This document shows positions 23,796 through 24,000 of a stretch of 24,000 nucleotides of DNA, one piece after another. This stretch comes from Rhodospirillaceae bacterium. GTDB lineage: Bacteria; Pseudomonadota; Alphaproteobacteria; DSM-16000; Inquilinaceae. The notes beneath the pieces were generated by a model. It worked only from the letters and a program-made list of their open reading frames with translations, was not told the DNA's origin and ran no database searches. The DNA lies in NCBI GenBank assembly GCA_020638575.1, contig JACKIH010000003.1, forward strand, positions 3,044,461-3,068,460, written 5' to 3'. The translations under genes were made by a program, and so were the position numbers. Every line of letters begins with the position of its first letter. Within the stretch, counting starts at the first letter, position 1.

Positions 23796-24000
23796 TTAAG
23801 GCTTCGGCTCCAGGCGGTGGTCACAGGCGCCAATATCGCGGCCGTAGTCACGGGCTGCCCGGAATTCGCTCTTGGGGTCGAGGCCGGCCTCGCGATCCCG
23901 CTTCATTTGGTGGGCAACGCCGGCGCGAAGCCGGTCGAGGTCCTGGGCTTGATCGGCCCGTGCCCGGTCGATTGAGCGCCGCAGGGGCCGGCGCTCTTCG
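23796..24000 (-). CDS. 3' end of an unidentified gene running off the window
   Basis: Minus-strand frame is open from 23999 to the TAA (complement of 23796-23798): ...DRLRAGVAHQMKRDREAGLDPKSEFRAARDYGRDIGACDHRLEPKP*. Not in the track because it lacks a start in the window. Confidence 0.4.
   Translation of the reverse strand, partial: EERRPLRRSIDRARADQAQDLDRLRAGVAHQMKRDREAGLDPKSEFRAARDYGRDIGACDHRLEPKP

Noticed and set aside
1-24000. Search for tRNA genes, integrase genes and att-type direct repeats marking element ends
   Set aside because: No T-arm-like GGTTCGA(A/G)TCC motif, no tyrosine- or serine-recombinase-like ORF, and no convincing long direct repeats were seen. The element boundaries presumably lie outside the window.

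Overview
High-GC, alphaproteobacterium-like segment of a conjugative element (ICE or plasmid). The backbone genes are DUF736, MobC, a MOBQ-type relaxase behind a repeat-rich oriT-like region, DUF2958 and a small LMW-phosphatase-like protein. Addiction and defence cargo is inserted at several points between them. In order: (1) an AT-richer islet with an ankyrin-repeat gene; (2) hipBA with a periodic operator region; (3) a divergent BrxR/CapW-type WYL regulator facing an operon of DUF2188, qatA (KAP NTPase), qatB, qatC (QueC-like) and qatD (TatD), which runs through a GTGA start/stop overlap into a fifth, 524-aa PIN-like gene; (4) a Gabija gajA/gajB pair in which the conserved GajA N-terminus (RISHLRIKNFRG) lies in a different frame from the rest of the gene, across a GGGG run; (5) a 10-repeat CRISPR array (37-bp repeats ending ATTGAGAC, spacers 31-43 nt), with decayed ghost repeats and a 14-bp tandem repeat on its left and a convergent Cas6-like gene 8 nt from its right end. 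The best candidate for something undescribed is the extended, WYL-controlled Qat locus (DUF2188 + QatABCD + a translationally coupled PIN-like protein with an unrecognisable ~320-aa C-terminal region). All calls rest on reading motifs in the supplied translations and the DNA; no database search was possible.
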